Assembly (NCBI GenBank): GCA_963816185.1
Contig: CAWFJJ010000029.1
Coordinates: 224,001-288,000 of the forward strand
DNA: 64,000 nucleotides
Direction: 5' to 3'
Source: Thermoanaerobaculia bacterium
GTDB taxonomy: Bacteria > Acidobacteriota > Thermoanaerobaculia > UBA5066
Shown: in pieces, positions 47,143 through 55,878 of the stretch
Layout: the number at the start of each line of letters is the position of its first letter
Numbering within the stretch: position 1 is the first letter of the stretch
Program-made: the position numbers and the translations under genes
Notes under the pieces: model-generated
Database searches by the model: none
The model's input: only the letters and a program-made list of their open reading frames with translations
Told to the model about the DNA's origin: nothing

Positions 47143-48774
47143 TCAGGCCGGAGTGAGTCCGACCACCCGGCCGTCCACGAGGTCGATGCGCTCGGCTGCG
47201 GGGACGGCCGGAAGGCCCGGCATCCTGATCATGTCTCCGAGCAGCGGTACGAGGTAGCCCGCGCCGGCCGCGAGGACGACGCCCCGCACGGTGATGTCGA
47301 AGTCCTCCGGGCGCCCCAGGAGCTTCGGGTCGTCCGACAGCGACTTCTGCGTTTTCGCGACACAGAGCGGGAGGTCGCCGTATCCGAACGCGACCGCTCG
47401 CGCGAGGTCCGCGTCCGCCTCGCGAGTCCAGACGACGTCGCTCGCGCCGTACATGGCGCGGGCGATCTTCGACATCTTCTCCTTCGGGGGATCGGTTCTG
47501 TCGTAGAGCGGCCGGAACCGGCTGCCGGGCCCTTCCGCCTGCGCCACGACGGCGTCGGCGAGCTCGATGCCGCCCTCTCCGCCGCACGCGAAGACGTCCG
47601 AGACCGCGAAGGGAACCTGAAGCCTCTCGCAGGCGCGCCTGACGAGGGCAATCTCCTCGACGGTGTCCGTCGCGAAGCGGTTGAGGGCGACGACGGGGCC
47701 CTCGCCGAAGATGCGGATCGACTCGACGTGCTTCTCGAGGTTCGAGAGTCCGCGCTCGAGCGCCACGCTGTCGGGCCGCGCGAGGGAATCCTTCGCCGCG
47801 CCGCCGTGGAGCTTGAGCGCGCGCACGGTCGCGACGAGAACCACGGCCGCCGTGTCAAGGCCTGCCGAGACGCACTTGATGTCGAAGAATTTCTCGGCGC
47901 CGAGGTCGAATCCGAAACCAGCTTCCGTGACCGTGTAGTCGGCGCAGGCCATCGCCATCTTCGTGGCGATCACCGAGTTGCAGCCGTGCGCGATGTTCGC
48001 GAAGGGCCCGCCGTGGAGGAGGGCGGCCACGCCGTCCACCGTCTGGACGAGGTTCGGCTTCAGCGCGTCCTTGAGGAGCACCATCATCGAGCCGACGGCC
48101 TTGAGGTCGGCCGCCGTGACGGGTGTTTTCTCGCGCGTGAGCGCGACGATCATGCGCGCGAGGCGCGCGCGCAGGTCCTCGGCGTCCTCGGCGAGGCAGA
48201 GAGCCGCCATGACCTCGGACGCCGGGGTGATGTCGAAGCCCGTCTCGCGCGGCACGCCCTCGAGAGCGCCGCCGAGGCCGATGACGACGTGCCGGAGAGA
48301 CCGATCGTTCATGTCGATCACGCGGCGCCAGAGCACGCGCCGCGGGTCGATGCCGAGGCGGTCGCCCTGCTGGATGTGGTTGTCGAGGAGCGCGGCCAGG
48401 AGGTTGTGGGCCGCCGAGATCGCGTGGAAGTCGCCGGTGAAGTGGAGGTTGATGTCGTCCTCGGGCACGACGCGCGCGCGCCCGCCTCCCGTGGCTCCGC
48501 CCTTCATCCCGAACGTCGGGCCCAGGGACGGCTCGCGCAGCGCCAGACACACGCTCCGGCCCGTCTTCGCGAGCCCTTGCGCGAGCCCGATGGACGTCGT
48601 CGTCTTGCCTTCCCCGGCGTCCGTCGGCGTGATCGCCGAGACGAGGATCAGCTTACCCGGATTGCGCCCGTTCGCGCGGGCGGCGAGCGAGACTTTCGCC
48701 TTGTCGTCGCCGTAGAGGGTGAGGTGCTCGCGCCGGATCCCGAGGTCGGCCGCGACGTCCACGATCGGTCGCAT
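47143..48774 (-). CDS. fhs: Formate--tetrahydrofolate ligase
   Basis: GEGKTTT, LREPSLGP, HGGPFANIAHG, TEAGFG, MPGLP. Confidence 0.95.
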   Translation of the reverse strand: MRPIVDVAADLGIRREHLTLYGDDKAKVSLAARANGRNPGKLILVSAITPTDAGEGKTTTSIGLAQGLAKTGRSVCLALREPSLGPTFGMKGGATGGGRARVVPEDDINLHFTGDFHAISAAHNLLAALLDNHIQQGDRLGIDPRRVLWRRVIDMNDRSLRHVVIGLGGALEGVPRETGFDITPASEVMAALCLAEDAEDLRARLARMIVALTREKTPVTAADLKAVGSMMVLLKDALKPNLVQTVDGVAALLHGGPFANIAHGCNSVIATKMAMACADYTVTEAGFGFDLGAEKFFDIKCVSAGLDTAAVVLVATVRALKLHGGAAKDSLARPDSVALERGLSNLEKHVESIRIFGEGPVVALNRFATDTVEEIALVRRACERLQVPFAVSDVFACGGEGGIELADAVVAQAEGPGSRFRPLYDRTDPPKEKMSKIARAMYGASDVVWTREADADLARAVAFGYGDLPLCVAKTQKSLSDDPKLLGRPEDFDITVRGVVLAAGAGYLVPLLGDMIRMPGLPAVPAAERIDLVDGRVVGLTPA

Positions 48775-48897
48775 CGAAACTCCTCCGCTTATCAAGTTGG
48801 AATAGGACCGGAGGAATTTCACTGGCGCGGGTGCATCAGGGCGGAGCAGGAAACCGGCCCGCGCCGACTACACTTCCCGGGCCCGATGGAGGTGTCC

Positions 48898-51807
48898 GTG
48901 AACTCGCTTCGACGCCAGCGACCCCTGTTTGTGCCCCTCGCATTGCTCTTCCTTGCCGTCTCGGCGCTCGCGCAACCGCTTCCCGAGACTCTGTTCCAGG
49001 AGATGCGCTGGCGGATGATCGGCCCGTTTCGCGCGGGGCGCACCGTCGCCGCGAGCGGGATCCCGGGGAACACGAACGTCTTCTACGCCGCCGCGAACAA
49101 CGGCGGGGTCTGGAAGACGACGGACGCGGGGCGCGTGTGGACGCCGATCTTCGACGACCAGCCCACGGGCTCGATCGGCGCCCTCGCCGTAGCCCCGTCG
49201 CGTCCGGACACCATCTACGTCGGGAGCGGCGAGGGCCTGCAGCGGCCCGATCTCTCGGTCGGCGACGGCATCTACAAGTCGACCGATGCGGGGAAGACCT
49301 GGGTCCATCTCGGCCTTCGCGACGCACAGCAGATCGCGGGCCTCGTGGTCCACCCGCGCGATCCGGACCGCGTTTACGCCGCAGTCCTCGGCCACCCGTA
49401 CGGCCCGAACGCCGAGCGCGGCGTCTTCCGGTCGACAAACGGCGGCCGGACGTGGACGAAGGTCCTCTACAAGGACGAGAACACGGGCGCCTCGGCCGTG
49501 ACACTCGACCCGTCGAACCCCGATGTCGTCTACGCCGTGCTCTGGGCCGGACGGCAGGGCCCTTGGGAGAACGGCGAGTGGCAGGGGCCCGAGAGCGGCC
49601 TCTTCAAGAGCACGGACGGCGGCACGACCTGGAGGAAGCTCACGAAGGGCCTGCCCACGTTCAAAGAGGGCCTCGGGCGCATCGGCGTCTGCGTCTCCCC
49701 GGCGGATCCGCGGCGCATTTACGCGACCGTCGACGCATCGCCCGAAAAAGGCGGCATCTACGTGTCCGACGACGCCGGAGAGAGCTTCACGCGCACGAAC
49801 GGCGAGTCGCGCGTGTGGGGGCGCGGCGACGACTTCGCCGAAGTGCGCGCACATCCGAAGAACCGCGACGAGGTCTGGGCCGCGAACACCTCGACGTACC
49901 GGTCGACCGACGGGGGAAAGACGTTCACGCCCGTCAAGGGCTCGCCGGGCGGCGACGACTACCACACGATCTTCATCCACCCCGAGAACCCCGACGTCAT
50001 CCTCCTCGCGGGCGACCAGGGCGCGACGATCTCCGTGAACGCGGGCGCGACGTGGAGCAGCTGGTACAACCAGCCGACCGCGCAGCTCTACCACGTCTCC
50101 ACGGACGACCGGTTTCCGTACTGGGTCTACGGGGGGCAGCAGGAAAGCGGCTCGGTCGCGATCGCGAGCCGGGGCGACGACGGCGCGATCAGCTTCCGCG
50201 ACTGGCACCCCGTGGCCGCGGAGGAGTACGGGTACGTCGCGCCGGACCCGCTCGATCCCGACGTCGTCTACGGCGGAAAGCTCACGCGCTTCCGCCACTC
50301 CACGCGCGACGCGCAGGACGTCTCGCCGGAGGCGGTCCGTGAAAAATACCGGTTCCTGCGCACGGCGCCGGTCCTCTTCTCGCCCGTCGATCCGCACGTT
50401 CTTTATTACGCGGGCAACGTGCTCTTCAAGACGACGACCGGCGGGAAGACGTGGGATGTCGTCAGCCCGGACCTCTCCCGCGAGAGCGCGGACGTTCCGG
50501 AGTCGATCGGCATCTACCGCAAGCCCGAGATGGCGAAACAGCCGCGCCGCGGCGTCATCTACACCGTCGCGCCCGGGAAGAAGGACGTGAACGTGATCTG
50601 GGCGGGCACCGACGACGGCCTTATCCACCGCACCGCGGACGGCGGGAAGACGTGGGCGAACGTCACGCCGCCCGGCCTCACAGCCTGGAGCAAAGTGTCG
50701 CTGATCGACGCCTCGCCCTTCGACGACCTCACCGCCTACGCAGCGATCAACCGCATCCGCCTCGACGACCTCGAGCCGCACGTCTACCGCACGCACGACG
50801 GCGGCAAGACCTGGAAGGAGATTGTGAAAGGCCTTCCCGACGATCCCGTCAACGCCGTCCGCGAGGATCCCGTCCGGAAGGGACTCCTCTACGCGGGCAC
50901 GGAGCGCATGGTCCAGGTCTCGTTCGACGACGGCGAGAGCTGGCAGCCGCTCCGCCTCAACATGCCGGCCACGTCCGTCCGCGACCTCATCGTCCACGGC
51001 GACGACCTCGTCGTCGGTACGCACGGCCGCGGTTTCTGGATTCTCGACGACGTGACGCCGCTCCGGCAGCTCGACGCGAAGACGGCGCTCGACGCGCCGT
51101 TCCTCTGCGCGCCCGAGACCGCGATCCGCGTGCGCCGCAGCCGCAACACCGACACGCCGCTCCCTCCCGAGGAGCCCGTCGGCCAGAACCCTCCGGACGG
51201 TGCGATCCTCGACTACGTCCTCCCGACTAAGCCGGCGCCGCCCGTGACGCTCGAGATCCTGGACGAGAAGGGCGCGCTCGTCCGCCGCTTCTCCAGCGAC
51301 GACGCGCCGGAGCCTCTCGTCGAACCCCTCATCGTCACCCGGTCCTGGGCGCGTCCTCCGCGGATTCTCCCGGCGACGCCCGGCATGCACCGCTTCGTCT
51401 GGGACCTGCGCTTCCCGCCCCCGCGCGCGAAGCACTACGAGTACCCGATCTCCGCGATCCCGGGCGACACGCCGCGCGAGCCGCAGGGCCCGTTCGTCCT
51501 CCCGGGCACATATACCGTGAAGCTGACCGTCGACGGGAAGTCGCTCACACGGTCCCTGACCGTGAAGCTGGACCCGCGTATCGCGATGTCCTCCGCGGAT
51601 CTCGCGACGCAGCTCGCCCTCCTCAAGCGCCTCGGTGCCGCGCTCGAGCGGCTCGCGGCCGAGCCCGCAAGAACGGGTTCGGCGACGCAGAGGCGGCGCG
51701 GCTCGCTGGAGGAAAAGCTCCTGCAGCTCTACGGGATCATTGAAGGCGCCGACGACGCGCCGACCCCGCAGGCCGTTGCCGCCGTCGACGAGCTGGCGGG
51801 GAAGTAA
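48898..51807 (+). CDS. Exported BNR/Asp-box (Vps10-like) repeat glycosyl hydrolase
   Basis: Signal peptide, WRMIGPFRAGR, many S/T-x-D-x-G-x-T-W repeats, GTHGRG. Confidence 0.85.
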   Translation: MNSLRRQRPLFVPLALLFLAVSALAQPLPETLFQEMRWRMIGPFRAGRTVAASGIPGNTNVFYAAANNGGVWKTTDAGRVWTPIFDDQPTGSIGALAVAPSRPDTIYVGSGEGLQRPDLSVGDGIYKSTDAGKTWVHLGLRDAQQIAGLVVHPRDPDRVYAAVLGHPYGPNAERGVFRSTNGGRTWTKVLYKDENTGASAVTLDPSNPDVVYAVLWAGRQGPWENGEWQGPESGLFKSTDGGTTWRKLTKGLPTFKEGLGRIGVCVSPADPRRIYATVDASPEKGGIYVSDDAGESFTRTNGESRVWGRGDDFAEVRAHPKNRDEVWAANTSTYRSTDGGKTFTPVKGSPGGDDYHTIFIHPENPDVILLAGDQGATISVNAGATWSSWYNQPTAQLYHVSTDDRFPYWVYGGQQESGSVAIASRGDDGAISFRDWHPVAAEEYGYVAPDPLDPDVVYGGKLTRFRHSTRDAQDVSPEAVREKYRFLRTAPVLFSPVDPHVLYYAGNVLFKTTTGGKTWDVVSPDLSRESADVPESIGIYRKPEMAKQPRRGVIYTVAPGKKDVNVIWAGTDDGLIHRTADGGKTWANVTPPGLTAWSKVSLIDASPFDDLTAYAAINRIRLDDLEPHVYRTHDGGKTWKEIVKGLPDDPVNAVREDPVRKGLLYAGTERMVQVSFDDGESWQPLRLNMPATSVRDLIVHGDDLVVGTHGRGFWILDDVTPLRQLDAKTALDAPFLCAPETAIRVRRSRNTDTPLPPEEPVGQNPPDGAILDYVLPTKPAPPVTLEILDEKGALVRRFSSDDAPEPLVEPLIVTRSWARPPRILPATPGMHRFVWDLRFPPPRAKHYEYPISAIPGDTPREPQGPFVLPGTYTVKLTVDGKSLTRSLTVKLDPRIAMSSADLATQLALLKRLGAALERLAAEPARTGSATQRRRGSLEEKLLQLYGIIEGADDAPTPQAVAAVDELAGK

Positions 51808-51816
51808 TTCCCTTCT

Positions 51817-52407
51817 CTACGGCGCGCGGACGACGGGCGGCACGGGCGCGGCCTCGATGGCCGCGATGAGGTCCCGCCTCGCGTCTGCGGTATCGAGGCG
51901 CCTGAGGTATGTCTTGTTCTCCCACCAGAACCACCACGCGCCGAAGGCCTTTCGCTCGGCGATCGCGTCCTCCGCGCTCCAGTGGTCCACGAGGATCCGG
52001 TAGACGGCGACGACGAGTCCCGTGCGGTCCCTCCCGGCCTGGCAGTGGACGAAGACGGGCTGGTACTCCGGCGTGAGGATGACTTTCATCGCGCGCACGA
52101 TCTCGTCGGTTTTCGGGTTCCATTGCCTCGCTCGGATCCGATAGGAGTTCAAGCCGAGCCCCGCGAGCGCCGCACCGTCGTCCTGCGCCGCGCGCAGCGT
52201 CACGACCGTGCGGATCCCCCGCTCGCGGAGCCGCCGGAATCCCTCGAGAGTGGGCTGTGCGCCCCTCGAGAGGACGGGCGACACGACCGCGAAATTCGGC
52301 ACGCCGCCCAGCTCCTCGCGCGCCACGGGCGTCGCGCCGGGAGACGCGAGCACAAAGGCGGAGACGAAGAGCGTCGTGCCGGCCAGGAGAGAGAGTCGGA
52401 GCCTCAA
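51817..52407 (-). CDS. Protein-tyrosine/dual-specificity phosphatase-like protein with signal peptide
   Basis: RGAQP, VFVHCQAGRDRTG (CX5R). Confidence 0.85.
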   Translation of the reverse strand: MRLRLSLLAGTTLFVSAFVLASPGATPVAREELGGVPNFAVVSPVLSRGAQPTLEGFRRLRERGIRTVVTLRAAQDDGAALAGLGLNSYRIRARQWNPKTDEIVRAMKVILTPEYQPVFVHCQAGRDRTGLVVAVYRILVDHWSAEDAIAERKAFGAWWFWWENKTYLRRLDTADARRDLIAAIEAAPVPPVVRAP

Positions 52408-52437
52408 AGTCGCCTCGACACCACGATACCGGGGGCG

Positions 52438-53763
52438 TCAAGGGGCCGGGGCGCGGCTCAGCCGCCTCCCGAGCAGGAACAGCGGCCACCCCGTGACGAA
52501 GATCGCCGTTCCCGCCAGCGCGAGGCGCGCCTCTGTGACGGCCACGTGCGCGGCGACGGCGAAGAGCGCGAGGACGTAGAGCGCGGGGAGGACCGGGAAG
52601 CCCGCGATCCGGAACGCGCCGTCCCCGCCCTCGCCGCGTTTCCTCAGGACGAAGAGCGTCGAGGAGACGACGACGAGCGTGAGCATGTCCGTGAAGATCA
52701 CGTAGTTGAGGAGCTTCTCGAACGAGCCGAGGAGGAACGCGGGGACGAGCATCGTCGCGCCGAAAAGGAGGAGCCCGGCCATCGACACCTGCGTGCGCGG
52801 CGCAACGCGCAGGAAGACCCGCGGCAGGACGCCGTCCTCGGCCATCGCGTAGTAGCTTCTCGGCATCTGGAGGACGGTCGCGTTCACGAAGCCGGCCGCC
52901 GAGAGGAAGATCAGCACCGACACGACGGCTTCTCCCGCCCCTCCGAGGCTCGCGCGCGCGAGGGCGGCCGCGACCAGCTTCGACTCCGCGACGCCCTCGG
53001 CGCCGAGCGTCCTGACGTACGCGAAGTTCAGCACGAGGTAGAGGCCGACGACCGTCAGCATTCCCGCCGTGACGGCGAGCGGGAAGCGCCTCTTTGCGTC
53101 CTTCACATCCGCGCCGAGGTTCATCGTCATGTGATAGCCGCCGTACGCGTAGAAGACCGGGATCAACGCGGCGGCAAGGCCCGCGGGCGCGGCGGAGGGA
53201 GCGACAGGCTGTCCGCTCGCTTTCGGAGCGAGGGCGAGAGCGGCGACAGCCAGGCCCACGATCATCACGATCTTCACCATCGAGAGGACGTTCTGCGTCC
53301 CGGCGCCGACGCGGATTCCGAGGCCATTGAGGAGCAGCAGGACGAGCATCAGGCAGAGCGCGACGTAGAGAACGCTGTTCGTGCCGCGCCGCTCCGGCAG
53401 CAGCAGTCCGACGAGGTACTCGGCTCCGATGAACGCGACACCCGCCGCGCCCGCGCCCTGCATGAGCGTCTGCGCCCAGTTCAGGCTGAACGCGAGCGCG
53501 GGGTGGTAGCAGTCGGCCACGACGCGGTAATAGCCGCCCGCGCGCGGATGGCGCGAGCCGATCTCCGCGAAGACGAGCGCTCCAACGAGGCTCACGAGGC
53601 CGCCGATTCCCCACGCGAGAAGGAAGAAGCCGGGCGTCCCCGTCGCGCGCGCGACGATCGCCGGCGTCCGGAAGATCCCGATGCCGACGACGAGGCTCAC
53701 GACGACCATCGCCGTGTCGAAGGTCCCGAGCCGCGCGTCGATCTTCCCGGCTTCAGCCCTCAT
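52438..53763 (-). CDS. APC-family amino acid permease
   Basis: VGIGIFRTP, AGGYY, YAYGGY; many TM helices. Confidence 0.9.
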   Translation of the reverse strand: MRAEAGKIDARLGTFDTAMVVVSLVVGIGIFRTPAIVARATGTPGFFLLAWGIGGLVSLVGALVFAEIGSRHPRAGGYYRVVADCYHPALAFSLNWAQTLMQGAGAAGVAFIGAEYLVGLLLPERRGTNSVLYVALCLMLVLLLLNGLGIRVGAGTQNVLSMVKIVMIVGLAVAALALAPKASGQPVAPSAAPAGLAAALIPVFYAYGGYHMTMNLGADVKDAKRRFPLAVTAGMLTVVGLYLVLNFAYVRTLGAEGVAESKLVAAALARASLGGAGEAVVSVLIFLSAAGFVNATVLQMPRSYYAMAEDGVLPRVFLRVAPRTQVSMAGLLLFGATMLVPAFLLGSFEKLLNYVIFTDMLTLVVVSSTLFVLRKRGEGGDGAFRIAGFPVLPALYVLALFAVAAHVAVTEARLALAGTAIFVTGWPLFLLGRRLSRAPAP

Positions 53764-54952
53764 GGAGCGCCTCGGCGAGAAGACCCGCGAGCCTCACGTA
53801 CTGCGCTTGGGTGTTGTAGAGCTGCGCCGAGAGGCGCACGAGCTTTCCGCGGCCGACCGGCCAGTCGTAGAACCACGGCTCGACGCCGCGCGCGCGCATC
53901 CAGTCCGCCAGCCTCTCTCGGTCGAGGCGCTGGGCGGGACTGCCGGGCGCGGTCGCGGGCAGCGGGATCGACGCCATCGCGCCGAGCATCGATTCGGGCG
54001 CGGGCGCCGCCACGCCGAGAGCCCCGCAGATCGCCACGCGCGCCTTCGACGCGAGGGCGCGGTTCGCCGCGATCAGCCCCGGCCAGCCGCCCGGCAGGAG
54101 GCCGCCGAGATACGCGATGCAGTCCGGGATGCAGAGCGCGGCCGTCGGGTCGGCAGTCCCCGTCCAGTCGAACTCGTCCTTGAAGCGCGCCTCGCCCCCG
54201 GCGTAGCCGTGGCTGATCGCGATCGGATGGAGACCCTTCTGCCGGTCCTTCCTCACGTGCAGGAACGCGGCTCCTTTCGGCGCGCAGAGCCACTTGTGGG
54301 CGTTCGCCGTGTAGTACGCCGCACCGAGGCGATCGAGGTCGAGCGGGATCATCCCGAGCGCGTGCGCGCCGTCCACGAGCGTGTCGACGCCGCGTCGGGA
54401 AAGCTCGGCGACGAGCCGCTCGATCGGAAAGACGAGCGCCGTCGGGCTCGTGACGTGATCCAGCATCGCGAGACGCGTTTGAGGTGTGACGCGCGAAAGA
54501 ACGGCGGAAACGACTTCCTCTTCGGAACGCAGCGGAAAAGGAACGGACGCCTCGACGACGCGCGCGCCCGACCGCGCCGCAGCGTAGTCGAGCGTCTTCC
54601 TGCAAGCGGCGTACGCATGGTCGGTCGTGAGGAGCTCGTCGCCGGGAGAGAGCGCGAGCGAGCGCACGACCGCGTTGATGCCCGCCGTCGCGTTCGGGAC
54701 GAAGGCGAGGTCGTCCCCGTCGGCGCCCACGAACGCCGCGAGGGCCGCGCGCGCTCCGGCGAAGAGGCCCGGCAGCGCGCGGACGAAGAAATCCACGGGC
54801 TCCTTCTCGAGCTCGAGCCGCAGCTCGGACTGCTTTTCGAGGATCGCCTTCGGGCACGCGCCGAACGAGCCGTGGTTCAGGTAGGCGACGGCCGGGTCGA
54901 GGAGCCAGAGGTGGGCCCACGGGCTCTCCGGTGTGGCGTTCGTCTCGGGCAT
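53753..54952 (-). CDS. PLP class-V enzyme (isopenicillin-N epimerase / C-S lyase-like)
   Basis: YLNHGSFGACP, DHVTSPT, VDGAH, NAHKWLCAPKG. Confidence 0.88.
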   Translation of the reverse strand: MPETNATPESPWAHLWLLDPAVAYLNHGSFGACPKAILEKQSELRLELEKEPVDFFVRALPGLFAGARAALAAFVGADGDDLAFVPNATAGINAVVRSLALSPGDELLTTDHAYAACRKTLDYAAARSGARVVEASVPFPLRSEEEVVSAVLSRVTPQTRLAMLDHVTSPTALVFPIERLVAELSRRGVDTLVDGAHALGMIPLDLDRLGAAYYTANAHKWLCAPKGAAFLHVRKDRQKGLHPIAISHGYAGGEARFKDEFDWTGTADPTAALCIPDCIAYLGGLLPGGWPGLIAANRALASKARVAICGALGVAAPAPESMLGAMASIPLPATAPGSPAQRLDRERLADWMRARGVEPWFYDWPVGRGKLVRLSAQLYNTQAQYVRLAGLLAEALHEG

Positions 54953-55034
54953 GAGACGGGCTCACGTTACACGATCGTCCCGCGAGCTCGCGGGGCGCAG
55001 AATCAGGCCGGGCGAATGGCCCTGGAGGTACTCG

Positions 55035-55821
55035 ATGAGCTCGCGGCCGAAGGCTTGCCGTCCTCTCGTCGTCGCATCGTTGCTCGCCCTCGCGGCGTTC
55101 GCGCAGTGCCCCGCCGAGGCGGCGGAGAAGAGCGGCAAGGCCCGCGCGGGCGAGCCGATCGGGAAGACCGTCGAAGAAACACTGCAGGCGAACTCGCAGG
55201 CGCTGCTGGACGCCGTCGGGTCAGGCGACGCGGCCGTCTGGGATCGCCTTCTCGACGCGCGCGTCCTCTACGTCGACGAGAGCGGCTCCCTCCTCGACCG
55301 CAAGGCCCTCATCGACGGCATCAAGCCGCTGCCCGCCGGCGTTTCGGGCACGATCCGCGTCACGGACTTCCATGCCGCCGTCCACGGCGACGTCGCCGTG
55401 GCGACGCACGTCGACGACGAGCACGAGACTTTCCACGGCCACGTGCTGCACTGCCAGTACCGCACGACCGACACCTGGCAGAAAACGCCGGCCGGCTGGC
55501 GTCTCGTCGGAGGGCAGGTGCTGGCCCTGCGGGCCGACCCGCCGGCTCTCGCGGTCGATCCCGACGACCTCGAGGAGTACACGGGCCTGTACACGCTCGC
55601 TCCCGACGTCACGTACGAAATCACGATGACGGACCACGGGCTCGATGGGCCGCCAGACGGGAAAGAAGCCGGAGCCGCTGAAGATGGAGGCCGGCGACGT
55701 GTTCTTCGTTCCCGGCAAGCCGCGCTACAGGATGATCTTCCTCCGAGACGACGACGGGGAGATCACGGGCTTCGCGGAGAGACGCGAGGCGTGGGACCTC
55801 GTCTTCGTGAAGAAGACCTAG
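55035..55821 (+). CDS. Exported NTF2-like (DUF4440) protein with a C-terminal beta domain (frameshift near 55648)
   Basis: Signal peptide, YRTTDTW...GWRLV; LEEYTGLY; continues ...DVFFVPGKPRYR...DLVFVKKT*. Confidence 0.7.
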
Positions 55822-55878
55822 GCGCGCCGTCTTCGAGCGTCTCGTGAAATACTGCTGCACCCCCGAATCCGGAGTCTC

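Noticed and set aside
47944-47952. GCAGGCCAT partial core
   Set aside because: Inside the fhs coding sequence with no flanking motif.
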